64,000 nucleotides of DNA, from the NCBI GenBank assembly GCA_902530985.1, contig CACACI010000001.1, forward strand, positions 134,420 to 198,419. The letters run 5' to 3'. Made by a program: the position numbers and the translations under genes. How positions within the stretch are numbered: the first letter of the stretch is position 1; each line of letters begins with the position of its first letter. Of the stretch, positions 35,555 to 47,911 are shown in pieces. The stretch comes from an uncultured Alphaproteobacteria bacterium (GTDB lineage Bacteria; Pseudomonadota; Alphaproteobacteria; Methylaequorales; Methylaequoraceae). The notes beneath the pieces were generated by a model that saw nothing but the letters and a program-made list of their open reading frames with translations, was not told the origin of the DNA and searched no databases.

Positions 35555-37425
35555 AAAAAGTTATCTAAAATTGATTCGAAGACATTCTTTTTTGGTTTGA
35601 CTTTTGACTTTTCAATAATTTTTTGAATTTTTTGTCTTGTTTCAAATGTCGATTCTGTACTTATGTATTCATAATTTAGAGCACGAGGTTTTATATTTTT
35701 ATGTGCTTTCTGCATAAATTCGCCCCATAAAACCGCTGGTGCCGTCCCTCCAGTAATTTTTTCCATTGGAGAATCGTCATCATTGCCAAACCAAACACCA
35801 ACAACTATACTTGATGTAAAACCAACAAACCATGCATCTCTTAAAGATTGACTAGTTCCAGTTTTACCAGCTGCAGGTCTATTTATTTTAGCTTTCCTTC
35901 CCGTTCCATTCTGTATAGTTTTTTCCATCATTTGGGTCATTGTTCTCACAGTTCTAGTATTTAGAATTTTTCCTGGTCCTTGAATTTTCCTTCTAAAAAG
36001 ATTCTCGCCTTCTGTATTTTCTATTGACCTTATACCATGAACAAATATTCCATCTCCATTATTTGCAAGTACATCATATGCTGCTGTCAACTCCAGAAGG
36101 CTTACCTCAGATGTACCTAATGCCAAAGATGGAGAGTTTACAATTGGACTATTTATTCCCATTAATTTTGCAATTTTAATAACCTTTTCTCTGCCAATAT
36201 TTTCTGATATTTTGACTGCAACTGTATTTATTGACTTCGAAAAAGCTTCTTCTACACTCACCTCTCCTCTATAATCGTCTTTATAATTTTTTGGTGACCA
36301 TCCATTAATATTTATTTTAGAGTCAACCATCAAATCCTTAGGTGTAATCCCACTTTCTAATCCAGCAAGATATACAAATATTTTAAATGCTGAACCAGGT
36401 TGTCTTTTTGCTTGAGTAACTCGATTGAATTGAGAATCACCATAATCTCTTCCTCCTATCATTGAAATAACTCCACCGTCTAAATCAAGTCCAACCAATG
36501 CAGATTGGTCAGCAGAGGGATATTTCATTGTTATCTCATTCAAAGAATCTTCTGCTATTTTTTGCAACTTCACATCTAATGTTGTTCTAACTATTAAATC
36601 CTCATTTATTTCGCCAACGTGTGCTTTTACTCTTGGGAGTAACCAATCAATAAAATATCTGGTACTTTTAGGTGCTGCAGTAAATTTTGAGTATTTTTGG
36701 TTATTATATTTTGCCTCTTTAACTTTTATTTTAGTAATCATTTTATTTTTAGCCATATTCTCAAGCACTAATGATGCTCGTTCTTTGGACAGTTGTTTAT
36801 TTGCTATTGGGTTATATCTTGATGGTGCTTTTAAAAGGCTTGCTATAACTGCACATTCATAGAGATCAAGTTCTTCTACTTTCTTATTAAAGTATTTTTC
36901 TGAGGCAGCTTGAACTCCATAAGTTCCTGAACCTAAATAAACCCTATTTAAGTAAATACTTAAGATCTGCTTTTTAGTAAAACGTAATTCTAACCATAAA
37001 CTTAATATTAATTCATGAAGTTTTCTTGTAAATGATCTTTCTGGTGTTAAAAATAAATTTTTAGCCAATTGCTGTGTTATAGTACTCCCACCTTGAACTA
37101 TTCTTCTCTCTCGAATATTAACATACGCAGCTCTTAAGACTCCTTTCACATCCACTCCATAATGATGGAAGAACCTCTTATCCTCTGTAACAATTACAGC
37201 ATTAATTAGGTTCTTAGGAAGTTTATTAAATTTTATTGATTTTCCATAAATATCCCCATACGATGCAATTATTCTTCCATCCTTATCCAAGAATGTAATA
37301 CTTGGTTGTCTTGAAATTTGAATTGACTCAGTTTCTGGCAAATTTAATAAAGACCATGTAACTGCCATACTTGACAGCAAAGCAAGCCAAATAAAAATTA
37401 TTAGCAACCATCTTAAAGCCTTCAA
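35551..37425 (-). CDS. Class A penicillin-binding protein (glycosyltransferase GT51 + transpeptidase)
   Basis: 624 aa. Motifs: EDKRFFHHYGVD, GGSTITQQLAKN, RKLHE, GSAFK (SxxK), SIN, KTGTS. Confidence 0.92.
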   Translation of the reverse strand: MKALRWLLIIFIWLALLSSMAVTWSLLNLPETESIQISRQPSITFLDKDGRIIASYGDIYGKSIKFNKLPKNLINAVIVTEDKRFFHHYGVDVKGVLRAAYVNIRERRIVQGGSTITQQLAKNLFLTPERSFTRKLHELILSLWLELRFTKKQILSIYLNRVYLGSGTYGVQAASEKYFNKKVEELDLYECAVIASLLKAPSRYNPIANKQLSKERASLVLENMAKNKMITKIKVKEAKYNNQKYSKFTAAPKSTRYFIDWLLPRVKAHVGEINEDLIVRTTLDVKLQKIAEDSLNEITMKYPSADQSALVGLDLDGGVISMIGGRDYGDSQFNRVTQAKRQPGSAFKIFVYLAGLESGITPKDLMVDSKININGWSPKNYKDDYRGEVSVEEAFSKSINTVAVKISENIGREKVIKIAKLMGINSPIVNSPSLALGTSEVSLLELTAAYDVLANNGDGIFVHGIRSIENTEGENLFRRKIQGPGKILNTRTVRTMTQMMEKTIQNGTGRKAKINRPAAGKTGTSQSLRDAWFVGFTSSIVVGVWFGNDDDSPMEKITGGTAPAVLWGEFMQKAHKNIKPRALNYEYISTESTFETRQKIQKIIEKSKVKPKKNVFESILDNFF

Positions 37426-37459
37426 GTTTTTTAATCCAAAATAAAATTATAAAATATTT

Positions 37460-39886
<2,427 letters not shown>

Positions 39887-39909
39887 CTAAATTGATCTTA
39901 TTATTATAA

Positions 39910-41055
39910 CTAATTATTAACAACTTTAAACCTATAATCATCAATATTTATGTTATGAATAATTGAATTACCTTTTTGTATATCATTCAGAGAATTTGCC
40001 CTTACATCAGTTATCCACGTTTGTAATTTCAAATCATCTAATCTCATAATAATATTTTTAATAAATCTATTATCTAAATAAGAAAATATATCATCAAGTA
40101 GAAATAAAACTCTAGATGCTTTGACCTTTTCAAGAATATTTAAGAACGAAAAGATAATTGAAATAATTATGATTTTCTGTTCCCCTGTAGAAAAATTTTT
40201 TGCTTCTTGCTTTGAATGTTTATCAAAAACCAATAAATCAGTCCTATCCACACTAAAGTTTGTTCTACCTGTAATCGAATCTTTTTCTCTATTGTTCTTA
40301 AGTGTATCCAAAATTAATGCCTCAACATATAAGGCAGGTTTTTTTTCTAATACTTTATCCATTTCGCCGTTTAGTTTCAAATACAACAAGGGTATATGAT
40401 CGTCAATTTTCTTAAAGCTTCTATTTAGTGAATTTAAAAAAACTCTTCTGGAATCACATATCATAACGCCAACTTCTGACATCTTTTTTTCCACAATATC
40501 TAACCATTTCTGATTCTTGATATTTTGATTATTTTTAAGAATTTTCAGTCTTTCGTACTTATACTTTTTATATTCAAGTATTTTTTTTTTATAGAAATCA
40601 TCAGTGGTTGAGATCATTAAATCTAAAAAATTTCTTCTATCCTCTGGGCTAGATTGAAAAAGATGAGACATCTGCGGTAAAACCCAAAAAACATTCATTA
40701 TCTTTTTTAGATTATTCTTTTTTTGGCTATTTAAAGAAACAATTTTTTTTAATATATCAGTCTTTTTTTTCATGCCCAAACCCATTTCTATAGGTTCATC
40801 ACTTAAACAGCCAGATATGTTGACTCCAAATAGTTCAGGTGGGCCTATCAAATCCGAATTAATCAATTCAGACAAAGTTGCATTTCTAAATCCAGCATTT
40901 GAATCAAATAATGATATTGACTCTAATATATTTGTTTTGCCTGAGCCATTCTTTCCAGAGATTAAGATTATATCCTTTTCAGGTATAATTTGAAGAAATT
41001 TATGGTTTCTATAATTATTTAGTTTAAGCCTTGTAATCCTAAAATTGTTATTCAT
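39910..41055 (-). CDS. recF: DNA replication and repair protein RecF
   Basis: 381 aa. Contains the Walker A sequence ISGKNGSGKTNILE, plus FSTGEQK and LLLDDI-like (FLLDDIFSYLD). Sits in the dnaA-dnaN-recF-gyrB order. Confidence 0.93.
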   Translation of the reverse strand: MNNNFRITRLKLNNYRNHKFLQIIPEKDIILISGKNGSGKTNILESISLFDSNAGFRNATLSELINSDLIGPPELFGVNISGCLSDEPIEMGLGMKKKTDILKKIVSLNSQKKNNLKKIMNVFWVLPQMSHLFQSSPEDRRNFLDLMISTTDDFYKKKILEYKKYKYERLKILKNNQNIKNQKWLDIVEKKMSEVGVMICDSRRVFLNSLNRSFKKIDDHIPLLYLKLNGEMDKVLEKKPALYVEALILDTLKNNREKDSITGRTNFSVDRTDLLVFDKHSKQEAKNFSTGEQKIIIISIIFSFLNILEKVKASRVLFLLDDIFSYLDNRFIKNIIMRLDDLKLQTWITDVRANSLNDIQKGNSIIHNINIDDYRFKVVNN

Positions 41056-41065
41056 TAAGGAAACT

Positions 41066-42187
41066 TTAAGCCCTCATTTGCATTATCAGAAAAAGTGTGT
41101 TCTTAATAGAAGTGCTCTCTAGAATTGTAGGTGCAGTGTTTTTTGAAAAATAAAACTTCACACTTCCTTCTTTTATAATATTTAAGACATCTAGCACATA
41201 TCTCGAGTTAAAATTAATACTAAATGCTGGACCATTATAATCAACTTTTACATTTTCTGTTCCAATGGACTTCTCTGTTCCAAAAGAACTTACAACACAT
41301 ACATTATTAGATACATCAAACTTTACTGTTCTAAATTTTTCATTTGAAATTGTAGAAACTCTATCAATACTCTCACTAAAGCTTTTACAATCTACAATCA
41401 TAATTTGGTCATTAGTTGTCGGAATGACACTTTCATAATCTGGAAAAGATGAATTGATTAATTTGGTGATTATTTTTACTTCCCCAAAAACAACTTTTAA
41501 TCTTGTTTTAGAAAAATTTAAAATTATTTTATCTTCAAAATCTTCCAAAATTTTTGATATTTCAAATACTGTTTTTTTTGGAATGATAATACCTTCAAAA
41601 TCCCCTGAAAAATCCTGTGTTAAAGAACTCTTGGAAAGTCTATGGCCATCCGTTGCCACAGTGGATATCAAATTTTTACTCAAATGCAAATAAATACCAT
41701 TTAGATATTGTCTTGACTCGTCAAGACCCATGCAAAATTTACAGTGATCTATGAGGGTTTTTAGTGCAGTTGATTCTATTTCAATAGTTGTATCCAATTC
41801 ATTTACATCCATAACTGGAAAATCATCTATAGGTAATGACGGAATTGAGAACTTTGATTCATCGAAAGAAACGTATATAAGATCAGTTTTTTCTTCTTTT
41901 TTTAAGTTTATGTTCGAATTCTCAGGTGCCTTCCTTATTATATCAAAGAAAAGTGCTGAAGGAATTGTTATGCCTCCGGGCTGTTTTATATCAGCTTGCA
42001 AACTCTCACTCAACTCTAATGCTAAGTCAGTAGCAGTGATGACTAAGTGCTTTTTTTGTTCATCAGTTACTATCCTTATATTAGAAAGTATAGGGATCGT
42101 GTTTCTTCTTTCAACGACACTTTGAAAGTGATTCAAACATTCTAGAAGTTTTTTCTGAGGAATTGAAAATTCCATATTACGATTCAA
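41066..42187 (-). CDS. dnaN: DNA polymerase III beta sliding clamp
   Basis: 373 aa. Position and three-domain length fit. Contains PILSNIRI and ATDGHRL. Confidence 0.95.
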   Translation of the reverse strand: MNRNMEFSIPQKKLLECLNHFQSVVERRNTIPILSNIRIVTDEQKKHLVITATDLALELSESLQADIKQPGGITIPSALFFDIIRKAPENSNINLKKEEKTDLIYVSFDESKFSIPSLPIDDFPVMDVNELDTTIEIESTALKTLIDHCKFCMGLDESRQYLNGIYLHLSKNLISTVATDGHRLSKSSLTQDFSGDFEGIIIPKKTVFEISKILEDFEDKIILNFSKTRLKVVFGEVKIITKLINSSFPDYESVIPTTNDQIMIVDCKSFSESIDRVSTISNEKFRTVKFDVSNNVCVVSSFGTEKSIGTENVKVDYNGPAFSINFNSRYVLDVLNIIKEGSVKFYFSKNTAPTILESTSIKNTLFLIMQMRA

Positions 42188-43562
42188 GCATTCTTATTAA
42201 AAGTTGCACATCTTCATCAAAACTATTGTCTTTCGTCATTAATTCTTCAACTTTCTTCACAGCATGAATCACAGTCGTATGATCCCTATTACCAAACCTT
42301 CTTCCTATTTCTGGAAGAGATCTTGATGTAAGGTTTTTTGATAAATACATTGCAATTTGTCTTGGTCTGGCAATTGTCCGTGACCTTCTAGCAGAACTCA
42401 TATCAGAAATTTTAACGTTGAAATGTTGGGAAACTTTTTTCTGAATTTCTTCTATATTTACTTTTCTCTGAGAAGATTTAAGTAAATCTTTTAACAAATC
42501 TTGAACCATGTCTATATTAATTTCTCTTCCTACTAATGACGAAAAAGCTGCAAGTCTATTTAATGCTCCTTCCAGTTCTCTTACGTTAGAAGTTATCTTA
42601 TGAGCTAGAAACTCTAATATATTTGGTGATATTCTAGCGGATAGTTTTTCTTCTTTTGCCTGAAGAATACCTAATCTTAGTTCGTAAGTTAGTGGATGAA
42701 TATCTGCAACTAAGCCCCAACCCAATCTTGACCTCATGCGCTCTTCTATTCCATGAAGATCTTGAGGTGATTTATCTGCAGAAATTATAAGTTGTTTATT
42801 CTGATCAATCAATGCATTAAACGTGTGAAAAAATTCTTCTTGGGTAGAATCTTTTCCTGAAATAAATTGGACATCATCAATCATTAAAACATCAACGTTT
42901 CTAAATTGTTCTTTAAAGGCTACAGTATTTTTAAACCTCAGCGCTTTGATAAAATAGTACATAAACTTCTCTGCTGACATATAAATAACTCTTCTAAGTG
43001 GTTTTCTGTTTTTTATCTCATGTGCAATTGCATGCATAAGATGCGTTTTTCCCAAGCCAACACCACCGTATAGAAATAAAGGATTAAATGGAACATCATC
43101 TGCCTCAGAAACTCTTCTAGCTGCAGCAAAAGCTAATTCATTGGGTTTTCCCACAATAAAATTAGAAAAAGTAAAACGACTGTCTAGATCCGAACTAATA
43201 GAACTAAAAATATCTTCTTGCTTAACCTCTAAATTTTTGGGTTTATTACTTTTCTTCTCAAGGCTAGGTCGTTGAGAATTATCAGTTTTCTCTAATGATA
43301 CAACAATTTCAATATCACTTATTTTAAGGTTTTGTACTAACCAATAACTTTTAATTATATCTAGATACTGCTCTATTATTCTAGTTTTTATAAAAGAACT
43401 CGGGACACTAAGAATCACTTTTCTATCGACACAATCTTTAAGTGAAATGACTTTAATCCAGCTTTTAAACTGAGCATCTCCGATTTTTTGACGAATTCTT
43501 CCTCTTACTGTTACCCACTCGGCTTGGATCTCTCCCAAATCTTTAGAGTCATCTTCAACCAT
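42177..43562 (-). CDS. dnaA: Chromosomal replication initiator protein DnaA
   Basis: 461 aa. Motifs: FSNFIVGKPNELA, LFLYGGVGLGKTHL, DDVQFISGK, and the C-terminal RPRQIAMYLSK...GNRDHTTVIHA. Confidence 0.98.
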   Translation of the reverse strand: MVEDDSKDLGEIQAEWVTVRGRIRQKIGDAQFKSWIKVISLKDCVDRKVILSVPSSFIKTRIIEQYLDIIKSYWLVQNLKISDIEIVVSLEKTDNSQRPSLEKKSNKPKNLEVKQEDIFSSISSDLDSRFTFSNFIVGKPNELAFAAARRVSEADDVPFNPLFLYGGVGLGKTHLMHAIAHEIKNRKPLRRVIYMSAEKFMYYFIKALRFKNTVAFKEQFRNVDVLMIDDVQFISGKDSTQEEFFHTFNALIDQNKQLIISADKSPQDLHGIEERMRSRLGWGLVADIHPLTYELRLGILQAKEEKLSARISPNILEFLAHKITSNVRELEGALNRLAAFSSLVGREINIDMVQDLLKDLLKSSQRKVNIEEIQKKVSQHFNVKISDMSSARRSRTIARPRQIAMYLSKNLTSRSLPEIGRRFGNRDHTTVIHAVKKVEELMTKDNSFDEDVQLLIRMLES

Positions 43563-43568
43563 TTTTCC

Positions 43569-43994
43569 TCATCCTTGTTTCCAAGGAAGGTTAGATTGTT
43601 TCCAACCACTTACACTTCCTCTATGACCATTTGAGTCATGAGATCCCTCAAAACCTTCAGAAAAATTATAACAATTCTTGTAACCATAATTTGTTAAAAA
43701 TTCAGCAGCTGACCTTGATCTTGCACCTGATCTACAAATAAATATTATCTTACTGTCTTTATCAAGTCCAGAGTCTGAAACTTCTTGTAAGAAATTACTG
43801 TTTTGTTCCATAAGCGGGAAAGTTTGCCATTCTATAAAAAAAACGTTTTTATTGATTGATCCCAAATCAGGGACCCCAACAAATGTCCATTCCGCCGCTG
43901 ATCTACAATCTATCAATTGACAGTCTTTGTGCTGTTCCAACAATTTCCATGCTTCTTTAGGGTTTAGGTCACCCAAGTAATCTAATTCAGTCAT
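43569..43994 (-). CDS. Single-domain rhodanese (sulfurtransferase)
   Basis: 141 aa. LIDCRSAAEW and the active-site loop FICRSGARS. Confidence 0.85.
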   Translation of the reverse strand: MTELDYLGDLNPKEAWKLLEQHKDCQLIDCRSAAEWTFVGVPDLGSINKNVFFIEWQTFPLMEQNSNFLQEVSDSGLDKDSKIIFICRSGARSRSAAEFLTNYGYKNCYNFSEGFEGSHDSNGHRGSVSGWKQSNLPWKQG

Positions 43995-44053
43995 AATTTA
44001 TAAACTAAAAGAGTAACTAATAAAAAATCTTGAATCAATCGGAAAAAAAAAAA

Positions 44054-44317
44054 TTAGCCAGCAGATTTAACTTTTTTTGATAATCTAGAAATTAGTCTGG
44101 ATGCAGTATTTTTTTTATAAACACCTTTTGAAATGGATCTAGCAAGCAAAGATTCAACCTTAAGAAATGCTTTATTAATTTCAACTTTGTTTTTCCCAGT
44201 CGAAAGAGTAAGTAATTTCTTAATACCACTTTTTATTCTTGATCTTCTAAACTTATTGTATTCGGAACGTTTTAGGTTCTGAACAATTCTTTTTTTTGCA
44301 GATTTAATATTAGCCAT
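44054..44317 (-). CDS. rpsT: 30S ribosomal protein S20
   Basis: 87 aa beginning MANIKSAKKRI, with a basic helical body. Confidence 0.95.
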   Translation of the reverse strand: MANIKSAKKRIVQNLKRSEYNKFRRSRIKSGIKKLLTLSTGKNKVEINKAFLKVESLLARSISKGVYKKNTASRLISRLSKKVKSAG

Positions 44318-44369
44318 TCAACTGGTTTTTATACTTTCCCAATCAGTTTAGGTCAAGAAATTAATTGTT

Positions 44370-44732
44370 TTATTTTCCTGGATATATTTTAAAAACAGCT
44401 GAAGTTTTATTACTTTCTTCTGATATTTTAATTTCTAGGGTTTCATTTCCTCTTTCAAAGACATTAAATTTAATCTTGACCCATCCAAGATTTGGTAGTA
44501 TTTGATCGTAAAACTCAATCACTTCTGTTTTTTTGTAAAAACCATAGATCTCAGATGATACGTACCTTCCTTCAATTTTATCAAATAAAACTAAAGAATC
44601 CTCTAAATACTTCATATTCTTGTAAATAGGAATATCCTCTAGGCCGTGAATAAAGTTCTCACTATACAAATCTTTATTTAAAGAAAATAATACGAACAAA
44701 ATAAATATTATTAATTTTTTCATAACTGGCAT
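44370..44732 (-). CDS. Hypothetical exported protein
   Basis: 120 aa with signal peptide MKKLIIFILFVLFSL. I recognise no family. The start is probably the Met at 44723. Confidence 0.5.
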   Translation of the reverse strand: MPVMKKLIIFILFVLFSLNKDLYSENFIHGLEDIPIYKNMKYLEDSLVLFDKIEGRYVSSEIYGFYKKTEVIEFYDQILPNLGWVKIKFNVFERGNETLEIKISEESNKTSAVFKIYPGK

Positions 44733-45538
44733 TCTGTGCAGAAGAAAGTAGACCTTCCTGATTGATTAATTTTTTTCACTAAAATCGATTTCTTACACCT
44801 CATACAATTACAACCCTCTCTCCCATAAACCATTAAATTATTTTTAAAATATCCAATTTCTTCATATGACACAATAAAGTTCTTTATAGTTGTTCCACCA
44901 AGTTTTATAGAATTTTTCAAAATTTTTTTTGCTGATCCAATTATCCTTTTTAATTCTTTATCTTTCAAACTTTTCACGCTTCTTGTTGGTTTAACTTGTG
45001 AGTCAAATAAAATCTCAGAACAATATATATTACCCAAACCTGACACAAAATTTTGATTCATTAGTAAATTTTTTATGTTAGTCTTTCTGTTAAGGTTCTT
45101 ATGGAAATATTCAAAATCAAATGCTTTACTTAGCGGCTCAGGGCCTAAGTTCTTTATATGTTTCGAAGTAAAAATTCTTTGTTTTTTATAGATTTTTACA
45201 AATCCAAATTTTCTAATATCATTAAAAATTAGTTTTTCTTCGCTAAATATAAAAACTATATGATCATGCTTCTTTTTCTTATAAGAATCTGTTAATCGAA
45301 AATAGCCAGTCATACCAAGGTGAAATAGTAAGGCATAATCGTTAGAGTATAAAAATATTAAGTACTTACCTCTTCTTAATATTTTTGTTATCATTGAATT
45401 GCGTAATTTTATCGGAATTTCATTTGAAATTTGAAAACGCAAATTACTGTCTTCTATTTTAATTGATAAGATTTTCTTTTGAATTACATTTTTTTTCAAA
45501 AAAATTCTTACAGTTTCTACTTCAGGAAGTTCTGGCAT
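44720..45538 (-). CDS. mutM: Formamidopyrimidine-DNA glycosylase
   Basis: 272 aa. MPELPEVETV at the N-terminus and a C-terminal zinc finger C..C...C..C (CNCMRC...FFCTECQ). Confidence 0.95.
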   Translation of the reverse strand: MPELPEVETVRIFLKKNVIQKKILSIKIEDSNLRFQISNEIPIKLRNSMITKILRRGKYLIFLYSNDYALLFHLGMTGYFRLTDSYKKKKHDHIVFIFSEEKLIFNDIRKFGFVKIYKKQRIFTSKHIKNLGPEPLSKAFDFEYFHKNLNRKTNIKNLLMNQNFVSGLGNIYCSEILFDSQVKPTRSVKSLKDKELKRIIGSAKKILKNSIKLGGTTIKNFIVSYEEIGYFKNNLMVYGREGCNCMRCKKSILVKKINQSGRSTFFCTECQL

Positions 45539-46247
45539 GCAGCAAAGATTACAAAAAAATTCACAATCGTCAAATAAACAAGTCTCAGTAAATAAAATAT
45601 TTTCAAGAGTATCAAGAAAATATGACTTTATGAATGATCTAATGAGTTTTGGTCTTCACAGGGTTTGGAAACAAGAATTTGTAAATTTAATTGATATTGA
45701 TAATAGATCTGTTTTGTTGGATTTGGCGTCTGGATCAGGTGATATAATAAAATTAATAAGGAAAAATTATGATTGTTTATGTATAGGTTATGATGCAAAC
45801 ATAAACATGATAAAACAAGCACAAAAAAAAATTGATTTTGATAATGTTTTTTTTGTAAATGGACTTGCTGAAAAAATACCTTTTAAAAAAGAGTGTTTTG
45901 ATGCAGTAACTGTAAGTTTCGGTTTGAGAAATTTTTCAGATATTCAACAATCTCTGAAAGAAATTAAGCGGGTCCTTAAAAAAGGTAGAAAATTCTACTG
46001 CCTGGAGTTTAGCCATGTTAACAATGTCTTTTTGAACAAGATATTTAAGATTTATAGTCATATTATCCCATTTTATGGAAAAGTTTTCCTTAACAATGAA
46101 GAAGCTTATTCTTATCTAGTTGAAAGTATAAAAAGATTTCCAAATCAGATCGAATTAACAAAAAAATTAATTAAAACTGGATTTAAAAATATTGAAGTTA
46201 TTGATATTCTTGATGGAATTGCTTCTATTCACATATCAGAGTCATGA
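45537..46247 (+). CDS. ubiE: Ubiquinone/menaquinone biosynthesis C-methyltransferase
   Basis: 236 aa. Contains KYDFMNDLMSFGLHRVWK, the SAM motif LLDLASGSGD, and SFGLRN. Confidence 0.92.
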   Translation: MQQRLQKNSQSSNKQVSVNKIFSRVSRKYDFMNDLMSFGLHRVWKQEFVNLIDIDNRSVLLDLASGSGDIIKLIRKNYDCLCIGYDANINMIKQAQKKIDFDNVFFVNGLAEKIPFKKECFDAVTVSFGLRNFSDIQQSLKEIKRVLKKGRKFYCLEFSHVNNVFLNKIFKIYSHIIPFYGKVFLNNEEAYSYLVESIKRFPNQIELTKKLIKTGFKNIEVIDILDGIASIHISES

Positions 46248-47446
46248 CAAATTTTTTGAAAGAAAAAAAAATACTTATAATTATTACTGGGGGTATTGCA
46301 TGCTATAAAGCGCTCGATGTTATTAGGAGGCTGCAGGATAAGAAAGTTAATATCGAATGCATACTTACTGAAAGTGCAAAAGAATTTGTAAACTTAATAA
46401 CATTTGAAAGTTTGTTAGGAAAAAAAATACACTCTAATCTTTTTTCACTTTCTCATCAAAAAGAGATGAATCACATAAAATTAGCTAATGAAGTGGATCT
46501 TATAATTGTAATTCCATGTACAGCAAATTTTATAGCAAAAATGGCAAATGGTATTGCAGATGATCTAGCTTCAAATATTCTTCTGGCTTCAAAAAAAATT
46601 AAAGTAATTGCTCCAGCAATGAATACAAATATGTGGAACAATAAAGCTGTAGAAAGAAACCTTAAATCTCTTGAAAAAATGAATGTCAAAGTTTTTTCTC
46701 CTAAAAAAGGGCTTTTGGCCTGTGGTAGTAAAGGTGCTGGAAAACTTATGGAAGTAGATGATATTATTGATAATCTAAATCATATTTTCTATCCTAAAGC
46801 ATTATCAGATCTTAAAGTCATTGTAACTGCTGGTCCTTCTATCGAACCAATTGATCCAGTTAGGTTTTTAAGTAATTATTCTTCTGGTATTCAGGGCTAT
46901 GAGATTGCAAAGTCTTTATATTACCATGGAGCTAAAACTACTTTGATTACAGGAATAACAAACCTCCAGAAACCAAAGAATATTAATGTTATTAACGTTA
47001 GTAGTGCGTCTGATTTTTATAATAAAGTTGCAAACAACCTCCCTTGTGATGTTCTTGTTTCAGCTGCAGCAATATCAGATTGGAAGGTAAAAAGAATTTC
47101 ATCACAAAAAATTAAGAAGAATAAGAATGACACCTTAAATATATCTTTCTTAAAAAATATCGATGTTCTAGAAAATATCTCGAAACACCCTAAAAAGCCA
47201 AAATTAATTATTGGTTTTTCAGCTGAAACCTCAAATTTAATAACTAACTCTAAATCAAAACTTAAGAAGAAAGGTTGTGATTGGATGATTGCGAACAATG
47301 TGGGTGAAAACAAGGTATTTGGATCAACTCACAATAAAGTATCTTTCATAGCTGACAAAAAAATAGAACATTGGCCTAAAATGAAAAAATCAGATGTAGC
47401 AAAAAAAATTTCAAAAAAAATTGTTAATTTTTTTAAAAAAAAATAA
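46244..47446 (+). CDS. coaBC: Bifunctional phosphopantothenoylcysteine decarboxylase / phosphopantothenate-cysteine ligase
   Basis: 400 aa. Contains ITGGIACYKA, PAMNTNMW, AGPSIEPIDPVRFLSNYSSG and AAAISDW. Confidence 0.94.
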   Translation: MTNFLKEKKILIIITGGIACYKALDVIRRLQDKKVNIECILTESAKEFVNLITFESLLGKKIHSNLFSLSHQKEMNHIKLANEVDLIIVIPCTANFIAKMANGIADDLASNILLASKKIKVIAPAMNTNMWNNKAVERNLKSLEKMNVKVFSPKKGLLACGSKGAGKLMEVDDIIDNLNHIFYPKALSDLKVIVTAGPSIEPIDPVRFLSNYSSGIQGYEIAKSLYYHGAKTTLITGITNLQKPKNINVINVSSASDFYNKVANNLPCDVLVSAAAISDWKVKRISSQKIKKNKNDTLNISFLKNIDVLENISKHPKKPKLIIGFSAETSNLITNSKSKLKKKGCDWMIANNVGENKVFGSTHNKVSFIADKKIEHWPKMKKSDVAKKISKKIVNFFKKK

Positions 47447-47455
47447 ATTAATATA

Positions 47456-47899
47456 ATGAATGAAATTTTTTTTAAGTATCTGAAAAATGGAAAGGGACTC
47501 TACCAGATTAAGAAAGCAACTAAAGATAGTGCAGGCTTCGACCTTCTTGCGGCAATTGAAAATGAAATTAGAATTAAATCAGGTTTATCTAAATTAATCC
47601 CATGCGGATTTTCATTGCAAATGCCTAAAAATATTGAAGCGCAAGTAAGGCCAAGATCAGGTATAGCTCTAAAAGATTGTGTGACAGTGCTAAATTCTCC
47701 TGGAACAATCGATGCTGATTACAGGGGTGAGGTTGGTGTTATCCTTATTAATCATAGCAAAAAAGTTTTTTCAATAGTTCGTGGCATGCGAATAGCTCAG
47801 TTAGTTTTTCATAAATTACCTAATATCAAATTAGTTGAAAGTAAAAATCTCAACAAGACTATTAGAGGTTCTGGTGGTTTTGGATCTACAGGGGTCTAA
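47456..47899 (+). CDS. dut: dUTP diphosphatase
   Basis: 147 aa. Contains SAGFDL, RPRSG, GTIDADYRGE and RGSGGFGSTG. Confidence 0.96.
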   Translation: MNEIFFKYLKNGKGLYQIKKATKDSAGFDLLAAIENEIRIKSGLSKLIPCGFSLQMPKNIEAQVRPRSGIALKDCVTVLNSPGTIDADYRGEVGVILINHSKKVFSIVRGMRIAQLVFHKLPNIKLVESKNLNKTIRGSGGFGSTGV

Positions 47900-47911
47900 T
47901 GGGAACAAATA

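Noticed and set aside
42177-44053. Replication origin (oriC) next to dnaA
   Set aside because: dnaA is preceded by only 6 nt of spacer, and the nearby spacers are about 60 nt or shorter. I saw no cluster of DnaA-box-like 9-mers, only scattered single near-matches inside coding sequence. The origin cannot be called from this window.
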